Assembly (NCBI GenBank): GCA_963753395.1
Contig: CAVWBW010000013.1
Coordinates: 584,686 to 648,685, forward strand
Direction of reading: 5' to 3'
Length of the DNA: 64,000 nucleotides
From: an uncultured delta proteobacterium
GTDB lineage: Bacteria; Myxococcota_A; Polyangia; Polyangiales; Houyiibacteriaceae
Numbering within the stretch: the first letter of the stretch is position 1; every line of letters begins with the position of its first letter. Both the position numbers and the translations under genes were made by a program. This document shows positions 1 through 9,285 of the stretch, one piece after another. The notes under the pieces were generated by a model. It was not told the DNA's origin, did no database searches, and was given only the letters and a program-made list of their open reading frames with translations.

Positions 1-138
1 GCTGAAGCCGGCGCTGCGACCCAGGTGGACCCGCTCGGCAAGGTCTGCTCAGCCACGACTCGCTATGGTGACGGCGATCTCGGCACGCCCGGTTTGCCGA
101 ATCCCTGGTGCTTGTAGCGCGCGCGCTCCTCGTCGTAT

Positions 139-2178
139 GTGTGGTGCTCCTCGCGCCCCGAAGCGCCGGGGCCGTTCGATACGAGGTGTTCATCGACGTC
201 GAGACCGAGGAAGAGCTCTACGAGCTCCTTTTCACGAGCCAGAATCTCAGAGCGCTCGTTCGACGCGCTGTTGCTCCTTTACCAAACGCGGGTCGAGCTG
301 AATCGAGCGGGCCGCGAGCGGCTCTATCTACTCCCGAATCTCGATTACACGGAGGTCGATCGGATCCTCGCGTATCGCGAAGAAGCGGAGGCGATCCATG
401 CGCTCGGGGATCTGGTCGCTGGGGGCGTTCTCGACCGCACGACCGCCGATTCACTTCGAGCCTTCGTCTCGGTCCGAGCGGTCGGCCGACCGGAAGACCG
501 GGTCGATGGTTTCGTGCGCACACAGCTTCGGTGGACCGGCCGCTACGACCGCCTACCCCCCGCCGCCGCGATCCAGGCGCGCGTGCGAGGCCCCCGAAGC
601 CTCGACTCGGGGTTGGTGGGCACGCTCACCCGCAATCGCATTCGGCGAGCTCGCTGGGACCCCGTGCGAAACGGGTTCAGCGTGGAGTCCGAAAGCGTGC
701 GCTTCGAGGTCCCCAAAGCCTACATCGAATGGGAGGATGACCGATGGGAGATCGTAGCGGGCACCTATCGTATCGGGTTCGGGCAGCGCTTGACCTTCGA
801 CGTCACCGACCAGGCGACTCCGAACGGGCTCTTTGGGGACTACGAGCTTCGCCGAGGCAGCGAGCTCGGGCTCCGCTGCCGACGCGCCGCGGGAGAGCTC
901 CGGACGGCGCCGTGCCCAGCAGCCCCGGTGGTGCGCGTGACACCAGACTTCAGATGGACCAACCGCCTCACCGGCATCGGGGCCGGAGCGAAACACCTGC
1001 CGCTTGGGCGGGGCTGGCTGCAAGCGCACCTGTGGGGCTCGTACCAGCTCCATCGAATCCCTAGGAGCGAGGTGGTGCACGCAGGCCAGTGCGCCGACCC
1101 GCGACAGGACGACGATCCGCGCTGCGCTCCGCCCCCGGTCTACGTGCGAAGCGGGAACGGAAATGCACCCGCACCGAGCGTATCGTATGCCAGTCTGCCG
1201 GCCGTCATGGGGGAGGGGCTCGCCGGCGCGAACGCGAGCTACTTCTGGAACGCGCGCACGCACCTCGGTGTCACGGGCTATGGAGCGGTGCCCAAGTGGC
1301 GAGTGGACGGGGCGGAGCTCGACTTCCAGGAGCACGCATCGAGGCCGTTCGGCGGCGCCTTCGGAGCGCTCGGTGTCGACGCGGCGGCGGGTTTTCGTCG
1401 ACAGGACTTCTTGGCAGAAGTGGCGCGGAGCGTCGACCGGTCGGCCGGTGGCAAGGGAGGGTACGGCGCGATCGTGAGGAGTCTAACCACGTTGCCAGCA
1501 GGCGAGATCGACGTCTCGGCGAGGTACTACGGGGTTCGCTATGCAAATCCATACGCCCGGCCCATCTCGGCGCCGGACGAGCGCGATGGGCTCAGGGCGC
1601 GGGACGAGGCAGGGCTCAGGCTTCGCACGGCCACGGAGCTCGGTCCCCGCCTCGGGCTTCGAACGCTCGGCGATGTATGGCGAAGCCTCTCTTCACGTCG
1701 CGTGCATGGTCTGCTCTTCGCTCGAGTCGACGTGCGCATCTCGGGGGCATGGAGCTGGGCGTCGTGGGCGGAGCACCGGAGCGGGTCGCGAAAGACCCTC
1801 TGGGCGATGCTCGTCGGCTTCACGCCAATTCGTCGGCTCACGCTCTCTTGGCAGGTCCAGCTGCGATGGCTCGACGCGTCCCTCGCCGCGGTCCGGCGGC
1901 AACGAGATTTCGGCGCGGTCTTCAACCTCACGGCGCGCCCGGTGGATCTACTTCGTCTTCGCTTTCGCCTCCGGTACGACGTCGAGGACCTGTTCGACAA
2001 CCACCGGCTGCCTGAGACGCTTTGGGGCTATCTCGATGCGGCGTTCACCACGCGTGGACGCGACATGTTGCGCCTGCGGTACGATTTTCGTGCTCACCTC
2101 GACCTGCGAGAATCGACCCTGCGACGGGTACCCAACCCAGAGCATTGGCTCTCGGTCGAGTACGTGGTTCGGTACTAG
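139..2178 (+). CDS. Large hypothetical protein: helix-hairpin-helix-like N-terminal segment and a predicted outer-membrane beta-barrel
   Basis: 679-aa ORF. The segment VELNRAGRERLYLLPNLDYTEVDRILAYRE resembles a ComEA-type HhH. The long C-terminal region ends ...SVEYVVRY, and an aromatic terminal residue is typical of OM barrels. The real N-terminus is probably the signal peptide encoded in the frame that starts at 108 (see findings). Confidence 0.5.
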   Translation: MWCSSRPEAPGPFDTRCSSTSRPRKSSTSSFSRARISERSFDALLLLYQTRVELNRAGRERLYLLPNLDYTEVDRILAYREEAEAIHALGDLVAGGVLDRTTADSLRAFVSVRAVGRPEDRVDGFVRTQLRWTGRYDRLPPAAAIQARVRGPRSLDSGLVGTLTRNRIRRARWDPVRNGFSVESESVRFEVPKAYIEWEDDRWEIVAGTYRIGFGQRLTFDVTDQATPNGLFGDYELRRGSELGLRCRRAAGELRTAPCPAAPVVRVTPDFRWTNRLTGIGAGAKHLPLGRGWLQAHLWGSYQLHRIPRSEVVHAGQCADPRQDDDPRCAPPPVYVRSGNGNAPAPSVSYASLPAVMGEGLAGANASYFWNARTHLGVTGYGAVPKWRVDGAELDFQEHASRPFGGAFGALGVDAAAGFRRQDFLAEVARSVDRSAGGKGGYGAIVRSLTTLPAGEIDVSARYYGVRYANPYARPISAPDERDGLRARDEAGLRLRTATELGPRLGLRTLGDVWRSLSSRRVHGLLFARVDVRISGAWSWASWAEHRSGSRKTLWAMLVGFTPIRRLTLSWQVQLRWLDASLAAVRRQRDFGAVFNLTARPVDLLRLRFRLRYDVEDLFDNHRLPETLWGYLDAAFTTRGRDMLRLRYDFRAHLDLRESTLRRVPNPEHWLSVEYVVRY

Positions 2179-2226
2179 CTCGCCTTGCGCTAGAACCATG
2201 GGTGACGAGGCGCTAGTCTCCGCAGC

Positions 2227-3810
2227 GTGGCAAATTTCGGGGAAAAGCTAGAGGCTGCAAGGGTACTCTATCGAGCCGGGATCTTGAAACCGATCCGGCC
2301 GGACAAGACGATCCGAATCATCCGGGCCGCGAAGGGATGGGGCCGGTCGCCTGCGATGGGTTTCATTGCGCTGGCGATCCGCCAGCCTGACGTGATCGCA
2401 ATCATCGACGATGAAGGGACCGCGACATTCGATGCGGTGAACCGACGCTCGAACGCGCTGGCCCGCGGTCTTCGTGAGGCCGGTATCGCTCCTGGGGACG
2501 TCGTCGGGGTCATGGGCCGAAACCATCGGCGTTTCGTCGAAACCATCATCGCATGCAGCAAGGTCGGCGCGAACACCGTTCTGATGAACACGATGTTTGC
2601 GGCTCCGCAACTCACGGAAGTCGGCGAGCGCGAGCAGGTGACTGCGCTTCTCTACGACGAGGAGTTCGGAAGCCTGCTCGACGGCCTAAGAAGGATGCCT
2701 CGATTCGTCATCTACGGCGGAGGAGAGGACCCGAGCATCGAAGACCTGATCGCCGACCATGCGGACGACGACGTCGACCCACCCAACATCGAATCCCGCT
2801 TCACGATGCTGACATCGGGCACGACGGGAGCGCCGAAGGGGGCCAGGCGAGGCTCGCCTGAGGGCATGATGCCAATCGCTTCGATGCTTTCGCGGATCCC
2901 CTACCGCTCGGGCGAGCGGACCATGATCGCGGCGCCCCTCTTCCACTCATGGGGACTCGGGCAACTACAGCTCGGTCTCGTTACGGGTACGACCTACGTG
3001 CTCAACCACCGGTTCGACCCGGAGAGCACTCTGAAGGCGGTCGCCGAACATCAGTGCACGACTCTCGCGGTCGTCCCGGTGATGATGCAGCGAATTTTGG
3101 CTCTACCGGACGAAGTGAAGCGCAAGTACGACCTGAGCTCGCTCCGAATTACGGCCGCAAGCGGTTCGGCGTTGCCTGGCCATCTCGCCACCGAGTGGAT
3201 GGACACCTTCGGCGACAATCTCTACAACTTCTACGGCTCGACCGAGGTGGCGATGGCAAGCGTCGCGACTCCCGAAGACATGCGCGCAGCGCCTGGCACT
3301 GCAGGAAAGCCGCCCCTCGGCACCGTCGTGAAGATCCTCGATCAACAGCGGCAACCTGTACCCACTGGGGAGACCGGCCGGATCTTCGTCGCCAACTCGA
3401 TTTCGTTCGAGGGATACACCAGTGGCGACGACAAGGAGCGGTTCGATGGGTTCGTCAGCAGCGGCGATGTCGGTCACTTCGACGAAGGCGGTCGGTTGTT
3501 CGTCGATGGTCGCGACGACGACATGATCATTTCGGGCGGCGAGAACGTCTTTCCCCGCGAAGTCGAAGACCTAATCGCGGGCCGGGACGACGTCGAGGAA
3601 GTCGCGGTGATCGGTGTCAGCGATCCCGACTGGGGCCAACGTCTCAAGGCGTTCGTCGTCCTCAAGCCGAATGCGATGCTCGGCGAGAACGAGGTGAAGG
3701 CCTACGTGAAGCAACGCCTGGCGAGCTACAAGGTCCCCCGCGAAGTCGCCTTCATCGACGCCCTCCCCCGCAACGCCACGGGCAAGGTCCTCAGAAAGCA
3801 ACTGAGTTAG
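2227..3810 (+). CDS. AMP-dependent synthetase/ligase (acyl-CoA synthetase family)
   Basis: 527 aa with a GTG start. Has the adenylate-forming motifs TSGTTGAPKG and YGSTE, the GDVGHFDEGGRLFVDGRDDDMIISGGENV hinge region, and a C-terminal NATGKV lysine motif. Confidence 0.9.
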   Translation: MANFGEKLEAARVLYRAGILKPIRPDKTIRIIRAAKGWGRSPAMGFIALAIRQPDVIAIIDDEGTATFDAVNRRSNALARGLREAGIAPGDVVGVMGRNHRRFVETIIACSKVGANTVLMNTMFAAPQLTEVGEREQVTALLYDEEFGSLLDGLRRMPRFVIYGGGEDPSIEDLIADHADDDVDPPNIESRFTMLTSGTTGAPKGARRGSPEGMMPIASMLSRIPYRSGERTMIAAPLFHSWGLGQLQLGLVTGTTYVLNHRFDPESTLKAVAEHQCTTLAVVPVMMQRILALPDEVKRKYDLSSLRITAASGSALPGHLATEWMDTFGDNLYNFYGSTEVAMASVATPEDMRAAPGTAGKPPLGTVVKILDQQRQPVPTGETGRIFVANSISFEGYTSGDDKERFDGFVSSGDVGHFDEGGRLFVDGRDDDMIISGGENVFPREVEDLIAGRDDVEEVAVIGVSDPDWGQRLKAFVVLKPNAMLGENEVKAYVKQRLASYKVPREVAFIDALPRNATGKVLRKQLS

Positions 3811-3830
3811 GGAACTTCAGGGCGGCTAGG

Positions 3831-5918
3831 CTACTTCTTGTTGGCCTTGCGCTCGGCGACCTCGGCCTGGACCCTCTCCACGATGTTCCGGGGCGCAGGC
3901 GCGTAGTTCTTGAACTCCATCGAGAACTGGCCGCGGCCAGACGTGGCGGAGCGAAGATCACCGATGTAGCCGAACATCTCGCTGAGCGGGACGTCTGCCT
4001 TGATGCGGACGTTTGTGTGGCCCTTCTCCTGCGAGTTGACGATCCCGCGGCGGCGGTTGAGGTCGCCGATGACGTCGCCGACATTGGCGTCGGGCACGAA
4101 GACGTCGACCTTCATGATCGGCTCGAGGAGCTGAGGCCCTGCCTTCGGCATGGTCTGGCGGAAGGCGGCTCTCGCGGCCGTCTCGAACGCCATTTGCGAG
4201 GAGTCGACCGCGTGGAACCCGCCGTCGGTGAGAGTGAGCTTGAAGTCGAGGAGAGGGAAGCCACACAGCGGGCCCTCCTCCTTCATGACCTTGAAACCCT
4301 TCTCGACGGAGGGAATGTACTCCTTGGGAATGTTGCCGCCCGTGATCTTCGACTCGAAGACGAAGCCCTCACCGGGCTCGGCGGGCTCGATCGTGTAGTC
4401 GATCTTGGCGAATTGACCCGATCCACCGGTCTGCTTCTTGTGCGTGTAGCTGTCAGAGATCGGCTTGGTGACCGTCTCGCGGTAGGCTACCTGCGGCGCG
4501 CCCACATCGACTGCTACGCCATGGCTTCGGCGCAGGATGTCGACCTTGATGTCGAGGTGAAGCTCGCCCATCCCCTTGAGGATCGTCTCGCCCGACTCCT
4601 GATCCACTTCGACGCGGAACGAGGGGTCCTCGGCGATCATCTTGCCGAGCGCGGTGCCGAGCTTCTCGCTGTTGGCCTTGTCCTTCGTGCTGACCGCAAC
4701 GGAGATGACCGGATCGGGGAAGACCATGGGCTCGAGGGTCGCCGGATTCTTCTGGTCAGCGAGCGTGTTTCCGGTACGCACGTCCTTGAGGCCTACCATC
4801 GCGACGATGTCGCCCGCTTGGACGGTATCGACGATGGTGCGGTCGTCGGCGTGCATCTCGACCATGCGTCCGATGCGCTCGTTCCTGCCGGTGAACGTGT
4901 TGACCAGCGTGTCGCCTTTGTTGATCGTACCGGAGTAGACCCGTACGAACGTCAGCGCACCAAAGCGGTCGTCCATGATCTTGAACGCAAGCGCGCGGAC
5001 GGGCCGCTCCGCGTCGACGATCGCAAACTCGCCCGTCTCGTGCCCCTCGATGTCGACCTCGGGCTGCGGAGGAACTTGTGTCGGGTCCGGCAGGTAGTCG
5101 ACCACGGCATCGAGCACGAGCTGAATGCCCTTGTTCTTGAATGCCGAGCCACAGTAGGTCGGGAAGAAGACGAGGTCGCGGGTGCCCTTGCGGATGCACT
5201 TCTTGATCGTCTCGAGATCAGGCTCTTGCCCCTCGAGGTACTGCTCCATCGCTTCGTCGTCCTGCTCGACGGCGCTCTCAATGAGCTCGAAGCGGTACTT
5301 TTCCACGAGCTCCTTCATATCCTCCGGGACTTCCTGAACCTCGTAGTTCTCGGGCAGGCCGGTGTCGTCCCAGACGTATGCCTTCTGGGTGAGCAGATCG
5401 ACGACGCCGACGAACTCCGCCTCGGTCCCGATCGGCAGGACCATGACCAGCGGCTTCGCGTCCAGCACGCCCTTGATCTGATCGAGGACACGGTAGAAGT
5501 CCGCCCCGAGCCGGTCGAGCTTGTTGACGAAAATCAGGCGGGCAACCTTCGATTCGTTGGCGTACCGCCAGTTGGTCTCCGACTGCGGCTCGACGCCGCC
5601 CGAACCGCAGAAGACGCCAACACCGCCGTCCAGCACCTTCAAGGAGCGGTAGACCTCGATGGTGAAGTCGACGTGACCCGGCGTGTCGATGATGTTCAGC
5701 TGATGGTCATTCCAAAAGCAGGTCGTCGCCGCGGACTGAATCGTGATCCCGCGCTCCTGCTCCTGCTCCATGAAGTCGGTGGTCGCCGCACCGTCGTGGA
5801 CCTCGCCGATTTTGTGGATCTTGCCGGTGAGCTTGAGGATACGCTCCGTGGTCGTCGTCTTGCCGGCGTCGACGTGGGCGAAGATGCCGATGTTTCGGTA
5901 CTTGCTGAGATCTTTCAT
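3831..5918 (-). CDS. Elongation factor G paralog (EF-G2-type), located outside the str operon
   Basis: 695 aa. N-terminus [28 protein letters not shown] and NKLD GTPase motifs, and full five-domain length. The canonical fusA lies at 54507-56621. Confidence 0.9.
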   Translation of the reverse strand: MKDLSKYRNIGIFAHVDAGKTTTTERILKLTGKIHKIGEVHDGAATTDFMEQEQERGITIQSAATTCFWNDHQLNIIDTPGHVDFTIEVYRSLKVLDGGVGVFCGSGGVEPQSETNWRYANESKVARLIFVNKLDRLGADFYRVLDQIKGVLDAKPLVMVLPIGTEAEFVGVVDLLTQKAYVWDDTGLPENYEVQEVPEDMKELVEKYRFELIESAVEQDDEAMEQYLEGQEPDLETIKKCIRKGTRDLVFFPTYCGSAFKNKGIQLVLDAVVDYLPDPTQVPPQPEVDIEGHETGEFAIVDAERPVRALAFKIMDDRFGALTFVRVYSGTINKGDTLVNTFTGRNERIGRMVEMHADDRTIVDTVQAGDIVAMVGLKDVRTGNTLADQKNPATLEPMVFPDPVISVAVSTKDKANSEKLGTALGKMIAEDPSFRVEVDQESGETILKGMGELHLDIKVDILRRSHGVAVDVGAPQVAYRETVTKPISDSYTHKKQTGGSGQFAKIDYTIEPAEPGEGFVFESKITGGNIPKEYIPSVEKGFKVMKEEGPLCGFPLLDFKLTLTDGGFHAVDSSQMAFETAARAAFRQTMPKAGPQLLEPIMKVDVFVPDANVGDVIGDLNRRRGIVNSQEKGHTNVRIKADVPLSEMFGYIGDLRSATSGRGQFSMEFKNYAPAPRNIVERVQAEVAERKANKK

Positions 5919-5954
5919 TCTTTTGCTCGTCTAAATGCTCGCTTGGCCACGCGC

Positions 5955-5982
5955 CGGATACCGCGAAAGCCCGCGTTTGCAA
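5955..5982 (-). promoter_or_regulatory. Candidate sigma70-type promoter for the EF-G paralog
   Basis: Read on the minus strand: TTGCAA (5982-5977), a 16-nt spacer acgcgggCTTTCGcgg, then TATCCG (5960-5955). It sits about 37 nt upstream of the ATG at 5918. Confidence 0.35.
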
Positions 5983-6038
5983 GCCCACGCCCCCGAGCGC
6001 AGAGAATTCCGAGGAAAACAGGTGGAAACCGGGCCGGA

Positions 6039-6719
6039 CTACCAGTCTTCTTTGAATGGGCGCACGTCGATCTCGAATGTCCACGCCGCCTTGGACTGCG
6101 TCGCGAGATGATAGACCGTCTCGGCGATGTCACTCGGACGAAGCGAGCCCTCGTCTGCGCTCTGCTCGTCCGTCCCGATCATGCCATCCACGATGACCAC
6201 GGCCACGTGAATCCCTTCGGGGCCGAGTTGACGGGCAAACGACTGCGCCAGGCTTCGCTGCGCGGCCTTGGCTTGAGCAAAGGCCGCCGTGAACGGCTTG
6301 CCCCGAAGGGAGGCAGTCGCACCGGTGACGATGATCGCCCCGGCCCCCTTCTTGCGCATCGGCCCAACCACTTCGCGAGTGCTCTGGAGAAGACCCCGGA
6401 CGTTGATCTGCCAACCTTTTTCGAAGGCCTCATCAGGCACCGCGTCGAACAGACCAAATTGACCTGAGCCGGCGTTGTACAAGAGCACATCGACGTCGCC
6501 GAGGTCCTCGCGAACCTGTGCGAACGCCAACTTGACGGCAGCGGGATCAGTCACGTCGCAGGCATAGGCTTTGCCCTCGAGCTCCTCCGCCAGCTTGCTC
6601 GAGTAGTCTGTCGAGCGAGAAAGGAGGGCGACTGCATAGCCCTCCTCGGCAAAGCGAGTCGCAAACGCCCGCCCGTTCTTCGGTCCAACCCCAATCACGA
6701 CACATACCGGTTTGCTCAT
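6039..6719 (-). CDS. Short-chain dehydrogenase/reductase (SDR)
   Basis: 226 aa. N-terminal Rossmann-like VCVVIGVGPKNGRAFA, an NAGS motif, and length typical of classical SDRs. Confidence 0.8.
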   Translation of the reverse strand: MSKPVCVVIGVGPKNGRAFATRFAEEGYAVALLSRSTDYSSKLAEELEGKAYACDVTDPAAVKLAFAQVREDLGDVDVLLYNAGSGQFGLFDAVPDEAFEKGWQINVRGLLQSTREVVGPMRKKGAGAIIVTGATASLRGKPFTAAFAQAKAAQRSLAQSFARQLGPEGIHVAVVIVDGMIGTDEQSADEGSLRPSDIAETVYHLATQSKAAWTFEIDVRPFKEDW

Positions 6720-6800
6720 TTGCTGCCCTTAGAGCCCGGCGCAGAAAAGCCCAGGGGCTCGACGGCTTCTAGGTCGATGGATGTCTACTGGCGGCGGACC

Positions 6801-8363
6801 CTAGCGACCGGAAGCATCCCGTTCGGCTTTCAGTGTCTCCACTTTGCGCCGCAGGGTGTCTCTAAAATCATTGGAGGCATCATCGGTGAGTGCAATGGCG
6901 GTTTGATAGGCACGCAACGCCGGGCCCGTGCGCCCTAGCTGCTCGAGCGCGCGTCCGGCGAGCGCATAGGCGCGCCACGAGGTGGCATCGAGCGCGAGCG
7001 ACTTGTTGAGCTCCGCGAACGCCGCCTCGGGGTCTTCGGCAACCCACAAGAGGTACTCGCCGCGCTCCGCGTGGTGGAACGCCGTCTGTGCGGTGGCAGC
7101 GAGCGCTCGACCCCATGCATCGAGCTCGGCACGTCGCGCCTCCCGCTCTTCGGTCGGCGCGAACCAGCGAATCGCGGTCGCGAGCACCTCCGGATCATCA
7201 GGCTCCACCTCGAGGGCACGCGCGAGCCAGCGTTGCCCCTCTTCGTGGCTGCCGCTGTCCGAGTGGAACGCAGCGAGGTGCAGCATCACGTCGACCGACG
7301 AGGGCGCGATCTCCGCCGCGAAGTCTAGGTGCTTCCGAGCCTCGGCCATGTTCGCTCCCGAAGACCAACCGTGCAGGCGCGCCCACAGCAGCGCGACATC
7401 GTCCTGCGACATCGGATGCACAGAGGGATCCCGGGGCGCGGCGATCTCGATGGGGCGCGACATCATCTTGTAGTCGGTGTCGAGGTAGTCGCGGTAGCGC
7501 GCCCCCACGTCGACGCCGTAGAACGCGCCGTCCCAGGCACGGTCATCGTCCTCGCCTTCGGCAAGACGCGTGAGGTAGGTCTTGAATCGGCGATGCAGAG
7601 TTCGATCGCCGAACTGAAGGAGGTGAACGGCGTGCCACGAGCCAGCGTAGTGCGCGGTGGTCTGACGCAGATCGGCGGCCGACCGGCTTCTTCCGAGGAA
7701 GAAGAATGCCTCCGGCCCGAGGGTGCGGAGCTCATCGAAGTCCGGCGCCATTCGCGAAGGAAGCATCCATACCTCCGCTCCGTTCACGAAGACCGGATAG
7801 ATGTCGAACATCGGCTCGACATTGGTCATGGGAACGAAGCCGTAGGCGGGCATCCCCAGGACCAACTCCCCGTCGCGAACTCGCGCAGTCTCGTAGAAGG
7901 ACGCCATGCCCTCGTGAAGCCAGGGGCGCGCGCCGGGGAAACAGAGAGCCACGGCCGCATGAGTCAGCTCGTGGGCGAAGAGCTGTGTGCTCTTCATCGC
8001 CTCATTTCGAACGATCACGTACTGCGTGTTCGAATCGAGCAGGCTGCTCGGAGGACGCACCGTGAGACCCGCGACGTAGCGCCGATAGAGGCCCTCCATG
8101 TCCTGTGCGTCCTTGAGCAGCACGAGCTCCATGGGCACGTTGCTCCGCTCGAAGGCACAAGGAAGCTCGTTCTCCGCGATCGCGCTCCTCAGGCGCTGCC
8201 ACTTCTCGGCGAGCTCCACCGCTAGGTCGGCTCTCACGTCCGTTCGGATGATGAGATCTTCGGTCTCGACCCGCACCCAGTCGAGGGTGCCGGCGCCAGG
8301 ATGCTTGCACGCCCCCAGGAAGAGCAGGACCGAAGCCAGTCCGCAGAACAAGCACCTCTTCAT
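6801..8363 (-). CDS. Lipoprotein with an HExxH metalloprotease-like domain and C-terminal TPR repeats
   Basis: Start chosen at MKRCLFCGLASVLLFLGAC (signal peptide plus lipobox). Contains an HELTH (HExxH) motif in FAHELTHAAV. The C-terminal half has TPR-like repeats (AYALAGRALEQLGRTGPALRAYQTAI). The upstream part of the 622-aa ORF is Arg-rich and looks non-coding. Confidence 0.65.
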   Translation of the reverse strand: MKRCLFCGLASVLLFLGACKHPGAGTLDWVRVETEDLIIRTDVRADLAVELAEKWQRLRSAIAENELPCAFERSNVPMELVLLKDAQDMEGLYRRYVAGLTVRPPSSLLDSNTQYVIVRNEAMKSTQLFAHELTHAAVALCFPGARPWLHEGMASFYETARVRDGELVLGMPAYGFVPMTNVEPMFDIYPVFVNGAEVWMLPSRMAPDFDELRTLGPEAFFFLGRSRSAADLRQTTAHYAGSWHAVHLLQFGDRTLHRRFKTYLTRLAEGEDDDRAWDGAFYGVDVGARYRDYLDTDYKMMSRPIEIAAPRDPSVHPMSQDDVALLWARLHGWSSGANMAEARKHLDFAAEIAPSSVDVMLHLAAFHSDSGSHEEGQRWLARALEVEPDDPEVLATAIRWFAPTEEREARRAELDAWGRALAATAQTAFHHAERGEYLLWVAEDPEAAFAELNKSLALDATSWRAYALAGRALEQLGRTGPALRAYQTAIALTDDASNDFRDTLRRKVETLKAERDASGR

Positions 8364-8404
8364 TGGACCCGCGTGATACCATAGGAGGCGCGAATCGTGC
8401 ACCG

Positions 8405-9274
8405 CTAGCGGTTGGCGATCGCTTCCGCGAGCGCAACCAAACGCTTGGCGTTTTCGACGTGGAGGTTCTCGATCAGCTTCCCATCGACGACCAGCACGCC
8501 CTTGCCCTCTGCTTCGGCGGCCGCGTGGGCCTCGATGATGCGGCGGGAGAAATCGACCTCGGCGGCGGAGGGCGCGAAGGCCTCGTTGGCCGGGGCGATC
8601 TGCTTCGGGTGGATCAGGGTCTTGCCGTCGAAGCCAAGCTCGGCGCCTTGCACACACGACTCCCTGCACCCGTCATCGTCCGAAAGGTCGAGATAGACGC
8701 CGTCCATAATCGCGATTCCCGCAGCGCGCGCCGCTAGGAGACAAATGCCGAGCGAGGTGATCATTGGCAAGCGCATCGCGGTGTGTCGTGCGTGAAGATC
8801 CTTCGCGAGGTCAGACGTCCCCATCACGAAACCGCCGAGGCGTGGAGTGGCATCCGCGATCTCTTCGGCGCGCAGCATGCCGCGCGGCGTCTCCATCATG
8901 CACCAGATCGCCATCCCGTCAGGAGCGCCGGCGGCGTCGATCACCGCTTCCGCCTGACGCACCATGTCGGCACTGTCGACCTTGGGAAGCAGCACCGCGT
9001 CGGCACCGGATTGGGCGGCAGCAACGAGGTCATCGTACCCCCATGGTGTGTTCAGGCCATTGGCACGGACGAGGATCTCGCGGTGGCCGTACCCACCCTC
9101 TTTGACCGCGGCGACCACCTGTTCACGCGCGATCTGCTTTGCGTCCGGGGCGACTGCGTCCTCGAGGTCGAGGATCAGGGCGTCGGCATCTAGGCCTCGA
9201 CCCTTCTCGAGTGCCCGAGCATTGGAGCCGGGCATATACAACATGCTTCGTCGGGGGCGATGCTTCGTGCTCAT
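8405..9274 (-). CDS. HpcH/HpaI aldolase / citrate lyase beta (CitE)-family CoA-ester lyase or thioesterase
   Basis: 289 aa from MSTKHRPRRSMLYMPGSNARALEKGRGLDADALILDLEDAV, the CitE-family signature. Also has an IHPKQI motif. Confidence 0.8.
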   Translation of the reverse strand: MSTKHRPRRSMLYMPGSNARALEKGRGLDADALILDLEDAVAPDAKQIAREQVVAAVKEGGYGHREILVRANGLNTPWGYDDLVAAAQSGADAVLLPKVDSADMVRQAEAVIDAAGAPDGMAIWCMMETPRGMLRAEEIADATPRLGGFVMGTSDLAKDLHARHTAMRLPMITSLGICLLAARAAGIAIMDGVYLDLSDDDGCRESCVQGAELGFDGKTLIHPKQIAPANEAFAPSAAEVDFSRRIIEAHAAAEAEGKGVLVVDGKLIENLHVENAKRLVALAEAIANR

Positions 9275-9285
9275 CGTGTCACCTC

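Noticed and set aside
2949-6467. 1172-aa plus-strand ORF, the longest in the track.
   Set aside because: It runs antisense through the EF-G paralog and into the SDR gene. Its composition is R/G/D/L/A-rich with no motifs. The opposite strand encodes unmistakable EF-G and SDR proteins. This is a typical stop-free antisense frame in high-GC DNA.
8364-8669. Long N-terminal extensions of several ORFs: 6801-8669, 8405-9631, 15902-17455, 32872-34146, 42917-43963, 46181-47164 and 53306-54661.
   Set aside because: The extensions are Arg/Pro/Gly-rich and overlap the neighbouring upstream gene. In each case an internal ATG gives a canonical N-terminus (signal peptide or family-typical opening).
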